A stretch of 64,000 nt of DNA from Macrostomum lignano (lineage: Eukaryota), in contig NIVC01000244.1 of the NCBI GenBank assembly GCA_002269645.1, positions 488,468 through 552,467 on the forward strand, written 5' to 3'. Under the pieces are notes generated by a model. It made no database searches and was not told where the DNA came from. It saw only the letters and a program-made list of their open reading frames with translations. The translations under genes and the position numbers were made by a program. This document shows, one piece after another, positions 23,323 through 34,530 of the stretch (position 1 is the stretch's first letter; every line of letters begins with the position of its first letter).

Positions 23323-23790
23323 TGACATTTGACTGCCATAGTGACATTTGACTGCCATAGTGACATTTGACTGCCATAGTGACATTTGACTGCCATAGTG
23401 ACATTTGACTGCCATAGTGACATTTGACTGCCATAGTGACATTTGACTGCCATAGTGGCATTTGACTGCCATAGTGACATTTGACTGCCAAAGTGACATT
23501 TGACTGCCATAGTGACATTTGACTGCCATAGTGACATTTGACTGCCATAGTGACATTTGACTGTCATAGTGACATTTGAGTGCCATAGTGACATTTGACT
23601 GCCATAGTGACATTTGACTGCCATAGTGACATTTGACTGCCATAGTGACATTTGACTGCCAGAAATTGACTGCCGACCCAATCCCTAACCCTAAACCTAA
23701 CCTAATTCCAAACTCTAACCTAAACTTTAGCCTAAACCTTAACCCTAGCCTCAATCGTCGGCAGTTCAATTTTCATGGCAGTCAAAAGAC
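23323..23790. repeat. 19-bp array (GACTGCCATAGTGACATTT) attached to an inverted repeat with a CCCTAA-like spacer
   Basis: Arms at about 23650-23677 and 23757-23788 are reverse complements. The spacer is degenerate CCCTAA/CCTAA. Confidence 0.85.
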
Positions 23791-24609
23791 GGTATTTCAC
23801 CCTACACATTTTCTGTCCAATATGCCAACCAGTTACTTCTAAGTCTTATTGATGTAACCATACGAAAAAAACTAGCGTCTTGGAGGAAAAAATCTGTCAT
23901 ATGTACTAGCAAAACAGTGTGCAAATTAGCTCACCAAATCCAGTAAAAGCCTTTCGAACTACGGTGAGCGAGCAGGCCGACTTGTCAATGATGGCGTCAG
24001 CCAGAATGCCGCCCAGAATGCAGAATAGCACCTTTCAGAATGTGGGGCGTAGCTGAGAAGATGCCGTTCTGAAATTTTGAGAATCGACAAGTCAATTGAT
24101 CGAAATGAAAGGCACGAAAGATTAGTTTAAAATCTGTTCAACTCGAGTACATGTATAGAGAAGCTCAACATGCTCAGGTAGGCGGGCTCGTTAGTTAGCA
24201 GGAAGAACATCCAGCTGCGCACAAAGTGAGAGACGATCACGCCCAAACCGGGCCGCTGGTGAAAATGGTGCGCCAGGGAATGGCTTTGGTGTGCTCGCCG
24301 ACCGGATCGCGGCCCTCCTTGATGATCAATTTCTCGGCGTCGGACACTGCCGGATCGAGCTCCGGAGTCTCATGGACAAGCAGCAGCCAGCAGGGGAACC
24401 AGAGCAGGCCGAAGCTCAAGTGCATGCAGTAAATGTACTGTTAGTTGGCGCAGTGAGTCACCAGACCGTCCAGTGGGAATCCAACTATGGCGCCGGCGTA
24501 CATGCCTGAGTGATCGGGGACAACTAAAGTACAAGGACGCCGCACTCGAATCTTACTGATTTTTTGCCTCTGTCTCACCCCTGAACTCAATTACTTTCAT
24601 GGACTGATA

Positions 24610-24905
24610 TTATAATAATATTTGATTACACCTGCAATTGGGCCAGATGTGCAACCGACAGCTCAGCCGCAGCTATTGCACGGCGCATCTGAAGGCTGCG
24701 TCCGGCTGTTCAGTCAAAGGACTGGGGGTCGCCACGCACACCCTCAATTACCCCAGCTAATACTGGCATCCATTTTACAGCTGCGTGAACTGAAACATTG
24801 CAGAGTTAAGAGTCTTGCTCAAGGACACAAATTGCTTCGAGTAGGTCAAGAATCGAACCCCCGACCTTTCGGTCGTGATTCTGACGCTATAATCACTAAA
24901 CAGCA
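24610..24905 (-). mobile_element. CORE-SINE (family A)
   Basis: Minus strand reads TGTGTCCTTGAGCAAGACTCTTAACTCTGC...CAGCTGTAAAATGG, with a B box GGTTCGATTC and the family tail. Confidence 0.85.
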
Positions 24906-26199
24906 ACTTCCCTAGAAAAGTATTGGGGACTTGACAGGACGAACAAGTAATCGAGAAAAATAACGAAAAATCTGTTTTGTCTATAGCCACGTATTGTACT
25001 TTACACTGTAGCTCTTATTTGCAATGCTAACAGCAAAGAAATAAAAAATTCCCTTCAGAGTACACACAGAAATTTTGGTTGTTTCCCTTTCCTCTGCTCC
25101 GTAGTTGCTTCTACATGTTTAACTTAGCAATCCTAACAATAGAGAAAATCAGTCTACTTATACAGTAAAAATTACAAAAGTAGCGGGGCTTAAGTAAGTC
25201 TCCTTAGCTGTCCATGGTACACAGAACCTATCTGAAGTCAATGACTCACCATGGTGAGACAAAAAGCCGCAAAAAAGTAGCGCTCCGCCCGCGGTGACCA
25301 GTCGTGGATGATTTTGTATAGGCTGGGAATCACAGCGCCCTAGTTAATGTCGAGTTCAAACATGAACTGAGAGTCTCTACAAAATAGCCTACGAGAATTT
25401 GATCATCCAACCGGCGCTTACCTCAAACAAGCCCTGAGCCAGTCGAATCGTGCAGGTGGGCACAAAACCCGCGCCTGATATTGCGGTCGGTAGCAGAGAA
25501 TTCAAAGCGCAGGAAAGGAATATGCAGATTCCGAAAATCCGGAAAAAAAAGTTTATCAATTGTCACACCGAAATTCGTGCTTAATCCATAGATAGGGTTT
25601 TGGCCAACTCAATTTTTAATTAAGACTCATTTGCTGGCGATGCTCATCGACGTCGGGTACATGGTCGAATGTCAGAATTTTCCACGGGATGGACGTGAAT
25701 CGCTCGATATGCCCAAGCAGGTGCCTGTGTACGAGTCTCAGATTAATACGTTCTAGCACAGAATCTAACCCAAGTAACGTTAGAGAGTCACAGTCGTTAC
25801 CGCAGGGCTGTAGGCTGTTATCCCACGCTCACCTGATACTGGGAATCCGAGTCGCCAGGTAGCCACCCGGTACCCATGCGTGACCAAAAAGCCAATATAG
25901 AATATGGCGTGCAGCAGGCCGACCGTGGGGCTCGTGGGATCGTGGGACTCCAGTCAACGTTGGGTAGCTCGCGAGCCTTCTTTTCAGAGATTCACTTTGC
26001 AGTAGAAGGCTAACCTTCCTCCTTTTATGCAATCTTGTTTTAATTTTTGCCCCAATTAATTTTTCTTGCTGCCGCTCCCGACATAGCCAATTCGCAACAC
26101 TTTAGGAATCGGAACATTATGAGTTATGAGTACGTGGGCCGAGTTGTCCTTATCAGTAAAGCTTCTGCAGCAGATCAAGAACTCAGTGTCGGGAGCACT

Positions 26200-26520
26200 G
26201 CACTGCATCGATGGCGCCACAAGTAACCTTGACTGGCTGAATTGACTCTACACGGCATCCACAAGATGAGGCGGCGCAGAAAGTCCTGATGAAGGTCCTG
26301 GCGCAGCAGAGTCAAACATTCTGCGGTGGAATCTCTCTTTGTATGCTGCAGCTGCTTGAGGAAGTCTCAGACATGCTCGATGGGGTTCATGCCTGGAGGA
26401 GCGGTGTTGCTGGGAGACTGGGAGTTTGCCTTACAATCGCAGTAGATGGCGATTAGCACCGACAGTGTCGCGGCATTTTGTCAGCAGCTTTCGAATTACC
26501 TGCTCGCGTCCTACCAAATC
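26200..26520 (-). mobile_element. Decayed Tc1-like transposase C-terminal relic
   Basis: Minus-strand PGMNPIEHV*DFLKQ resembles PDLNPIEHVWD, and QDFLRRLILWMPCRV resembles the Tc1 C-terminus. Confidence 0.55.
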
Positions 26521-27094
26521 TTCGATCATTTGACGCACCGACTTCTAGCATTTCAACAGCTCGCCACCGTTCAGCGTTCGTCATTTCCGCACAATTGGAC
26601 AATCAAGCACATGTACACAAGTTCTGACTCTTCTTTTCATTGTCACTCTCGAAGTCAGCTGATAAAATGGACTGCATCACGATAAACATGCAGGGACAGA
26701 GATGACTTTTGCAGGGGGCTCTTGCGAGGCGAGACTATATGTAGGGTCGCGGCGGAGTGTACTATTACATAATAAAATTCCTATATGCAGGCTTCTTGCT
26801 ATAAATGCGACTACAAACTCTCCAAATAGCGCGCTGTTGTAAAAGCAGTTGAGTTGGCCTTCTGGCAAAAGGTGAGCTCGCAAGTACTTAAACTGACTTA
26901 GAGCGAACAAGCTACTCTTAGTATTAAATACACTTCTGGCTCCAAAAGGTTCAGAAGGCCACACTCTTCATGCAGAAAACGGTTGAGTGCGGCCCCATCG
27001 GAGGTGATATCCAAATTGAGTCCCCGAGCAGGAAAAAGTGAACGGTGCAAGTAGGAACCAACTGACCCGCGATTATTTTTAGTGGAACAAATCG

Positions 27095-27185
27095 GTTCCG
27101 ATTGGCTGTCGATTTGTTAAAACGAACGTCAACTTTTCTGATTGGCTTGTTTTTACCCAAACCCGAAAAGCCGAGAGACGTCATC
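27095..27185 (-). promoter_or_regulatory. Paired CCAAT boxes and a CRE-like GACGTCA, candidate promoter upstream of the SLC17 locus
   Basis: GATTGGC with ATTGG at 27101 and 27141 (40 bp apart); GACGTCA near 27178. Confidence 0.25.
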
Positions 27186-30100
27186 AGAGATACAAAATAC
27201 CAGAGTTTCTATAGTGCCTAACTACGAGTACAAACACAACATGAAAATAAACATTGGTTCGGGGATAAAGAGGTGAGGGCAATTGGATAGATCGCGAGGA
27301 GCAGTTTGTAAACCTCAAATTTTAGTAGCTCGTATTTAACAATTTGCGTCGCCTCATGAGGTAAAGGTGAAAAACTCGTTTCCACTCCAGGATGCTAATT
27401 ATAGAACTCCTTAAGCAGGCGCACTCTCTTTTCACAGAACGGATGTCAATGGAGAAGATCCTGGAGGATCTGGGAGCAATAAATTTTTTAAGGGGAAATT
27501 AGCTTGGTCTTCTAGGGGGAGATTGTATATTACTTTTATAACTTCGGAGGGGTGGATGGAGTACGCAGGAGCGTGAGCGTGATGCTTGATATTGAAGGCC
27601 GTGACCTGTCCTTGCAGATTCCGTTACCACGTACACGCAACCAGCTGATGACGACCCGCCTGCAGCCACGCTGTGATTGGATGAGAAATTGGGGTGGGCG
27701 ATGATTTATGATGGGGGATTACGTAACAGGCGGGAAAAAGCTTGAGGGGATAGAAGGTCTTACACAAACCTGTCAAACGCACGAATGGTTTCGAACAATA
27801 TGGGAGCGGCATGGTGGGGGATTGGTGCGCGGGGAGTGGGTAGCGCCCTTGGGAGTGGCCGGGTGGGGTGATCAGCATGAATCAGCACAATGAGTCATCA
27901 TGGGGCACAGGGATCGCAGGGGAGGAAGGAAGGGGTGCGCAAAGAGTAGTGGGGAGGCCCAGGACGTGCCTACATCACGAATGCGCCATTTACATCTGGT
28001 GATTTATGATCCAAAAGGTGTGCTGGCATAAAAGTAAAAAAACAAAAAGTATTGAAACTTAATGGAGAAAAAAAAGCATGAGAGATAGAGGGAAATAATA
28101 TCGGAGACAAAGAATAAGAAGAGAAGATACATGTCATGAGAGACGGGAAAGAAAGATTCAATCTAAAAATTGCGGTGTTACACGTAATGTAAATTCACAG
28201 TTAAATAAAAAACCTAAAACTAATTGCAACAATAAATGATACTAAAACGTACTAAGCAAAAGTTTAATTAAAATTATAGTTTTTTTAATTGTGAACAAAA
28301 CAGTTAAATAAATAAGGTAGAGACATTTACCTATTCTTTTTTAATTTTTCTAGACTGAGGGCCCCGCGCGCGCGCGCGCGCGTTGCGTTTGCGTAGCATG
28401 GTATGTCATGGCAAGCTTGATGTTTGGGGCAACCAGCAGCATCTACTGGACGGTCAAACAGTCGCACTCGCACGTTCCCTGGGCCTGGCCCCTGGGTCGT
28501 GCTGTATCGCTAATTTTTGCAAATTTGTAGCAAAGTGGAAATTTTAATTTTCAAATGTGTTTAAGATAGGACCTAGGCTAGGCTATACTGAAGCTATACT
28601 TATTTTTTATACTAGGGTAACTAGGCCTTGGCCATAGTCCATTTTGTTACAGTTACACTGAAAATTTCCGGCATAATTCTAGTCAAAAAATAGCCTTGGC
28701 ATAAATGTTGGCATATATTTAAATAACTACATATTTTATTATTTGTAAAAAGCAAAAAAAGTTTAAAACCTAGAAAGTGTGTTATGATGAAAAAACTTTG
28801 TTACTATCTTTTTGGAACTTATATATTTATAAAGTTTTAATTATAATAGACAAAATTAAAACATTAAACTTTTTTGAAATGAAAAATGTTTGCACAAACT
28901 ACCTTGTACCCCTTCCCCCTGCCCTGCCTTAGTCCAAGCATTATGCCTGGCAAAAATGTGGTGTAAATGATAAAATTTCATCAGTTTTCTTCTAGTATAA
29001 CTCCAAGCATGAAACAGACTATGGCTATGGGGCCTTGGCCCTGGCTTATACATATATTAATAATACTATAAATTAATTTTATATTCTATCTTGGGATTGG
29101 CCAAATTCCGATTGAATCCCGACTGGGATCAATAAATAATATAATATTATTAATAAATCTTAAAAATCAATTGAACCCTTGATTAGTTTAAACTATGTCC
29201 TTTATTAGAGAAATTTTCTTTTGACTGTTCCTAATGATTAATTTGGAATAATATTCCAAATAATAATTAATATTTGATTAAAACAAATTTTTAACTTCAC
29301 TAATCAGCTCTAAATGACTAAAACACTCTATAGTCAATCTGTTTATTATGCTAGTCTTAGTAATAGACATAGGTCTAGTCAAGTCAAGTCATTAGGCCAA
29401 GGCTACTATCCTATATAATGCATGCTTTGTTGGCCAGGTCCAAGCTTAAGTCTTAGGGCCAAGTCAAACTTTGCTAATAAAAGAATTCTTAAAAAATAAC
29501 CTATAGAATTCACCATTTGAGGTAAGCCTAAAATGTTAGAAGAGATATTAATCATATTATCATGGTGATTAGGCTAATCCTAACCCATAAATACTAAGAA
29601 TGGTTTGTTGGTAGGGAGGCCTAGGCCTATGTCAATATGTGACCATCTTTGCTATTAATAGGCCTATATTGGTGTTTAATTTATTATTTTTTTAGTTTGA
29701 ACTTAGTTAGGCCTATGTTATTATTTTCTTTTTAATACTAAAAGTAATAAAATAGGTCCTAGTATACCTAAATTCTTTTGTCCTAGAAGTCATTTGATTT
29801 GGCTTTCTTCTTCTCTATTAAGACAAATGTTTTCACTTTTCAATGCAGGTGCCAAAGCTCTTGACTTAAGTCTCTAGGGTTGGGGACTTAAACAACAAAG
29901 TTTCAACACTATATACAAATTGAGATTGGGTAGTGAGGCTATAAAGTTAAAATGAATCACTTTCAAGGAAAGCTCTTAAGTCTCTAAGTTGGGGACTAGG
30001 ATAGGGTCCAGGTCTTGGTGTTGTACAATAGTTATGGAAAGTTTACTAGCTTTCAAGATATAACTACAAATATGGATATGGATAGGCTATAGGAAAATTT

Positions 30101-30868
30101 TCAAGATACAACTATGGATATAGATATGGAAAAATATTTGGTTATTGTGAAACTCTAGCTTTTTTCTATAAAAAAATTTATTAGATTTTTCTATTGATGC
30201 ACTTATGTCCTAAAAACACTTAAGAAGAAAAAGGTCTATTAAACTTAATATGCTAGTGATATAATTAATTACCTTATTATACTCATTGATATAGGTTTTT
30301 TTGTCATAGGTGTTGTGTAGCCAAGGCTTGAAGTTTTCCAGTTGAGTTGAAAAGTAAAGGTCGGGGTGTCCAGATTTGGGCTGCTTGACAGTAGAAGTTG
30401 AATGCGTCCAGCCATCTGTTCCATGGGACTGCCGGTGTTCTGCTTGCTGGCATAAATTGTGCAGGTGGGCTAACGTTGAGAGCCTCATCTTCATCCCATC
30501 CTCGTCGCCAGTTGTTGTGTAGCCACGGCTTGAAGTTTTCCAGTTGAGTTGAAAAGTAAAGTGCTAGGTGCGCACAGTTGCTTTATTTATATTTTCATTA
30601 TTTAAGAAAAACTACATGATCTATATTTTAACTACACTAGAAAATCTGCACAATCGATAAATTCAAGAGCTAGAGATATCACGTGATTAACAATACATTA
30701 TACAGATAATTTATCAACTACTCTACTTAAAGTGGCAGTATAAGTAATAGACAATAATAATAATATAGGTAGCATTTACGTTATAGTAGAAATATTCATA
30801 AAATATTATCTATCATTAAGTTGGTCTGTCAGGTTACACGACACAACATCTTCCCCCTCTCCGATTGA

Positions 30869-31442
30869 TCACCAGCCGTAGCGCTGCAGAGGACGTTGCG
30901 GACGAGTGGACCGTCGCAAAGCCAGAGCCGGTGGTCCTTCGGCTGGACCAGGAGTCGGTTGTTGAACCTCTCCCCCTCCATCTTGCATTGCCCACTCTTG
31001 GACATCCACGAGGGGATCAAACTCGCCAGACGCAGATGCCTCGTAGTTTGGTTGCAGAGATGTCGGCACCAGCGCTTGCTGGTTCCAGGTGCTGCCGTCT
31101 GCCAGAGTGTTGGCCGGCAGATTCTTACCCAGTCACCGGTGCGTAATGTCGGCTGCTGGGCTCCACGCCGTTGGTCGGTGTACGCTGCCGTCCGCTGTTG
31201 ATGTTGCTGAATGCGTTTGGCGATATCAAGTTGCGCAGCAGCGGTGTTCTTGACCGGAGCAAGTAGCGACATGGGCGTGCGCCAGCGGCGACCCAACATC
31301 AGTTCGGCCGGGCTCTTGCCAGTCAGGGTGTGCGGCGTGCTGCGGTAGCTCTCGAGAAACTGCAACAGCACGTCCTGCATCGGCACGTTGTCGGCTCTAG
31401 ACGCTCGAATGCTGTCCATCAGGGACCTGTTGAGCCGTTCGG
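30869..31442 (-). CDS. Integrase C-terminal remnant
   Basis: ERLNRSLMDSIR..FLESYRSTPHTLTGKSPAELMLGR, GDWVRI, LADGSTWN and RRSTRPQRPLQRY, with internal deletions. Confidence 0.85.
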
Positions 31443-32840
31443 TGATGCCTGCTGCCTCCGGACGTCGAGCTCCTCACCGACCTGTTGCTGCTCGGCGAGA
31501 GGCAGGCGACGCAGTGGCTGCTGCACTGGTGGCACGGCCGTGTTGATTCTCGGTTGGTGCACCGCTCCTCTGCAGAGACCGATTGATCCGTCGAAGACCG
31601 CTGGGAACTCGCTGGCGATGTCCACGTTGGCAATTCCGATGTTGGCATCGCAAGGCTGGAGTAAGTGGAGTTGCACTTGGATGCCCAGCTTCTGCATCAG
31701 ATCGCGGCGGATGATATTTTCGCCCGACCTAGTAATGTGAAAGTCGTGTTGCAGTTCTTGGCTGCGGTACTTGACGCAGACTGTTGCGAGCCCTGCGACG
31801 GCGATCTTCTTCCTGCCGTAAGCTCGTAGCTGCACTGCCGATGGCTTTAGATCGATGTCGCTCAGACTTCTCGCCGTAGCCTCGTTGAGCAGAGAAACTT
31901 TGGCGCCGCAGTCGACCATCAGGCTGACTGTCTTCAAGCAGTCGCCCAGCTGCAGCTCGACTCTGATCTCGTCGCCGCCATGGACCGCGACCGCGTAGAT
32001 CGTGACCGTCTCGTCTGCACTGACTTGGAGTGCCTTGCTGCGACAGCATCGACTGAAGTGGTTCAATTTCCCGCAACTGTTGCATTTCTTTCCGTGCGCG
32101 GGACACTTCGCCTTGGCCTCGTGGCTCCGTCCGCATCGGGTGCAGGAGCTTTTGGCTGGATGCTGCGACCTGCTGTCGGGCGGAGCGCTGCCGGGGCCCT
32201 GTCGCCTCGCTGCTTGCTGCACCGTCTGGACGCTCTCAAAGGAGCTGGTCGCCGCCATCACCTTGCTGCCTGCTGCCGCGTCCTCGATCGTAGTCGCGAT
32301 GACATCTGCTTGCTCTAGTGTCAGCCTGGCGGCGTCCTCCATAAGAAGACGCTCGCGAATTCGAGTGCTGCTCGTCTTCTGGGCAAGCTGGTCGCGGATC
32401 ATTTCGTCTGCCAGAGGTCCGTAGCTGCACGTGGCTGATAGCTCTCGTAGCGCTGCGACGAACGTGACTGCGTCTTCGCCCGGCAGCTGCTGTTGCTCCC
32501 TGAATCGATGACGCGCCACCATCACATTTGGTCGGTCGCCAAATACCGTCGTCAGCTGATCGCGGGTTTGCCAGAAGGTATGACCGTCGGCAATCGCATT
32601 TCGGGCCCTTGCCATCCACTGCCCCTCGAAGCCGAGAAGGTGCAGCCAATGGTTCTTGCACACCGTCGCCAGTCGCCTAGCCTCATCTGTCAGGGCTTCT
32701 TCGCCTGCCGGTCGGGGTGTCCAGATTTGGGCTGCTTGACAGTAGAAGTCGAATGCGTCCAGCCATCTGTTCCATGGGACCGCCGGTGTTCTGCTTGCTG
32801 GCAGAAATTGTGCAGGTGGGCTAACGTTGAGAGCCTCATC
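31419..32840 (-). CDS. Gag, aspartic protease and the first ~30 aa of RT
   Basis: VPWNRWLDAFDFY; twin knuckles CTRCGRSH..CPAHGKKCNSCGKLNHF..CRS; protease LMVDCGAKVSLL; RT start PVQQPLRRLPL. No in-frame ATG after the PBS. Confidence 0.9.
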   Translation of the reverse strand, partial: DEALNVSPPAQFLPASRTPAVPWNRWLDAFDFYCQAAQIWTPRPAGEEALTDEARRLATVCKNHWLHLLGFEGQWMARARNAIADGHTFWQTRDQLTTVFGDRPNVMVARHRFREQQQLPGEDAVTFVAALRELSATCSYGPLADEMIRDQLAQKTSSTRIRERLLMEDAARLTLEQADVIATTIEDAAAGSKVMAATSSFESVQTVQQAARRQGPGSAPPDSRSQHPAKSSCTRCGRSHEAKAKCPAHGKKCNSCGKLNHFSRCCRSKALQVSADETVTIYAVAVHGGDEIRVELQLGDCLKTVSLMVDCGAKVSLLNEATARSLSDIDLKPSAVQLRAYGRKKIAVAGLATVCVKYRSQELQHDFHITRSGENIIRRDLMQKLGIQVQLHLLQPCDANIGIANVDIASEFPAVFDGSIGLCRGAVHQPRINTAVPPVQQPLRRLPLAEQQQVGEELDVRRQQASPNGSTGP

Positions 32841-32843
32841 TTC

Positions 32844-32861
32844 ATCCCATCCTCGTCGCCA
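32844..32861 (-). other. Primer-binding site complementary to tRNA-Ser(GCU); second copy at 30493-30510
   Basis: TGGCGACGAGGATGGGAT complements the ...AUCCCAUCCUCGUCGCCA 3' end recalled for animal tRNA-Ser(GCU). Confidence 0.75.
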
Positions 32862-33741
32862 GTTGTTGTGTAGCCACGGCTTGAAGTTTTCCAGTTGAGT
32901 TGAAAAGTAAAGTGCTAGGTGCGCACAGTTGCTTTATTTATATTTTCGTTATTTAAGAAAAACTACATGATCTATATTTTAACTACACTAGAAAATCTGC
33001 ACGATCGATAAATTCAAGAGCTAGAGATATCACGTGATTAACAATACATTATACAGATAATTTATCAACTACTCTACTTAAAGTGGCAGTATAAGTAATA
33101 GACAATAATAATAATATAGGTAGCATTTACGTTATAGTAGAAATATTCATAAAATATTATCTATCATTAAGTTGGTCTGTCAGGTTACACAATACAACAA
33201 TAGGCATGCTATGACATGTTGAAATTAAAAATGGCATAATGATTTTGATGCTGTAATGCCAAAATAGCATAACAATTTTGACAAAAAACCTTAGTCATTG
33301 ATATAATAATTGACACATAATTATGAATTGCCTTATTGTTATAGTATTGTTAGTTATACTAATATATCATTAATTTCAATGCACTTTTTCTCATGGAGTA
33401 TTTTTGGGACACTATATATTTATAGCAATATTATAATGTATAGTCATGCAATGGCTAATATTAATTAGAATTAAGTCAAAGAAGAAAACTCATTTGTTTA
33501 TAAGTTATATTTGCTGATTATTTTATAAAAGCAATACAATTTCATTATATTGCTATATGCATTATAATGTTTCATTGCACTATAAGAACTGTATAATAAG
33601 GTACTTTGTAGAAAATTATTATAGAAATATTAAAAAGTATGTTGGAAGTTTTTTGGAAAAAAAAGTAGAGTACTTTACATATTATAATTGCTTTAATAAC
33701 AGATTTAAACAGTTTTGGTTGTTAGATCAGTAATAACTAAT

Positions 33742-34530
33742 CTAAAATCTTGTTGTGTCATAATTTGATGCAGTGTCATCTTCTCTCAGCTCTTCCATTG
33801 GGATTATCCAATGATCCTCTTTGTTTCGAACTGAGTTGACTGACTCTGCAATGGTAATATAGGTGTGGTGGTTACTAATTTGCTTTTAAAGTATTTAAAG
33901 AAATCTTTTCTCTATACCTGTCACACATTTGGCTGGCTCCTCTTTGTTGTTTGACCTCTCGCCCATTTCCTCCTTGGTTGCATTGAAGCAAGGATTTGTA
34001 TAAGGATTTGGCTCGCGAGAAGACTGAAAATTGTACAGTTAATTGTGCTAGGACTTAATAAATACTTTATGCTGTCAGTTTATTTGAATTTTGATAATAG
34101 TAAATGAGCTCTGCTTCCCAACTAACTGAGAATGGATATGAAACCCAATGTCTCGTGACCATATAGACAGTTATCTCACCGAGGTGTTGGTTTTACGCGA
34201 AGCCGATTCTCTGCCTCCATTGTCTCGGCTGGCCCGTCGTCGGTTCACCCTAGCCAGACAGACGCCAGCCAGTGTGAGGGCAATTAATAGTAGGCCTATA
34301 ACAACGCCTGCGATGATAGCGCTTTGATCCAAGTGCTGACTAAGGCTGATAGGCGTTTTTGTGCTGCCAATTTGCGCTGCGGTAGTTTCCATGCTGAACA
34401 GGGTGCTATCGGCTGATTCTGTCGCTGTCACATCCGCTGTTGAATCAAATGTTATAGCTGTTGTCTCGTCTAGTGACCCGGTTGACTGCGGGTCATCTAA
34501 AGCGTTTTCAGCTGTCGAGTCCCCCTCCAT
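33742..34530 (-). CDS. Single-pass Ser/Thr-rich membrane protein; exons 34180-34530, 33918-34023 and 33742-33845 (186 aa from this ATG; may extend 5')
   Basis: Three GT-AG exons join in phase (0, then 1). S/T/D-rich stalk, TM AIIAGVVIGLLLIALTLAGVCLA, RVNRRR stop-transfer, C-terminus ..NYDTTRF*. Confidence 0.75.

Larger units (their letters stand above)
21982..26010 (-). pseudogene. SLC17 (sialin/VGLUT-like MFS anion transporter) with multiple disablements
   Basis: Exons approx. 25834-26005 (DWSP..VPGGYLA), 25422-25540 (RLAQGLFE), 25250-25339, 24151-24505 (IPWRTIFTS), 23935-24068, 22644-22882 (NHLDLAPQFA), 22406-22490 and 21982-22304 (GELQPWA). TAA at 24441-43 plus at least 4 frameshifts. A possible TM1 exon lies near 26760-26860. 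Confidence 0.8.
30311..33199 (-). mobile_element. Non-autonomous Mag-like Ty3/gypsy LTR retroelement (composite) with 5-bp TSD ATAGG
   Basis: 336-bp LTRs TG..CA at 32864-33199 and 30513-30848 (4 substitutions). PBS at 32844-32861, PPT at 30849-30864, extra PBS-gag-LTR end at 30311-30510. ATAGG at 30306-10 and 33200-04. Confidence 0.95.

Noticed and set aside
23660-23760. Interstitial telomere
   Set aside because: Too degenerate and enclosed by inverted arms; treated as the spacer of a small element.
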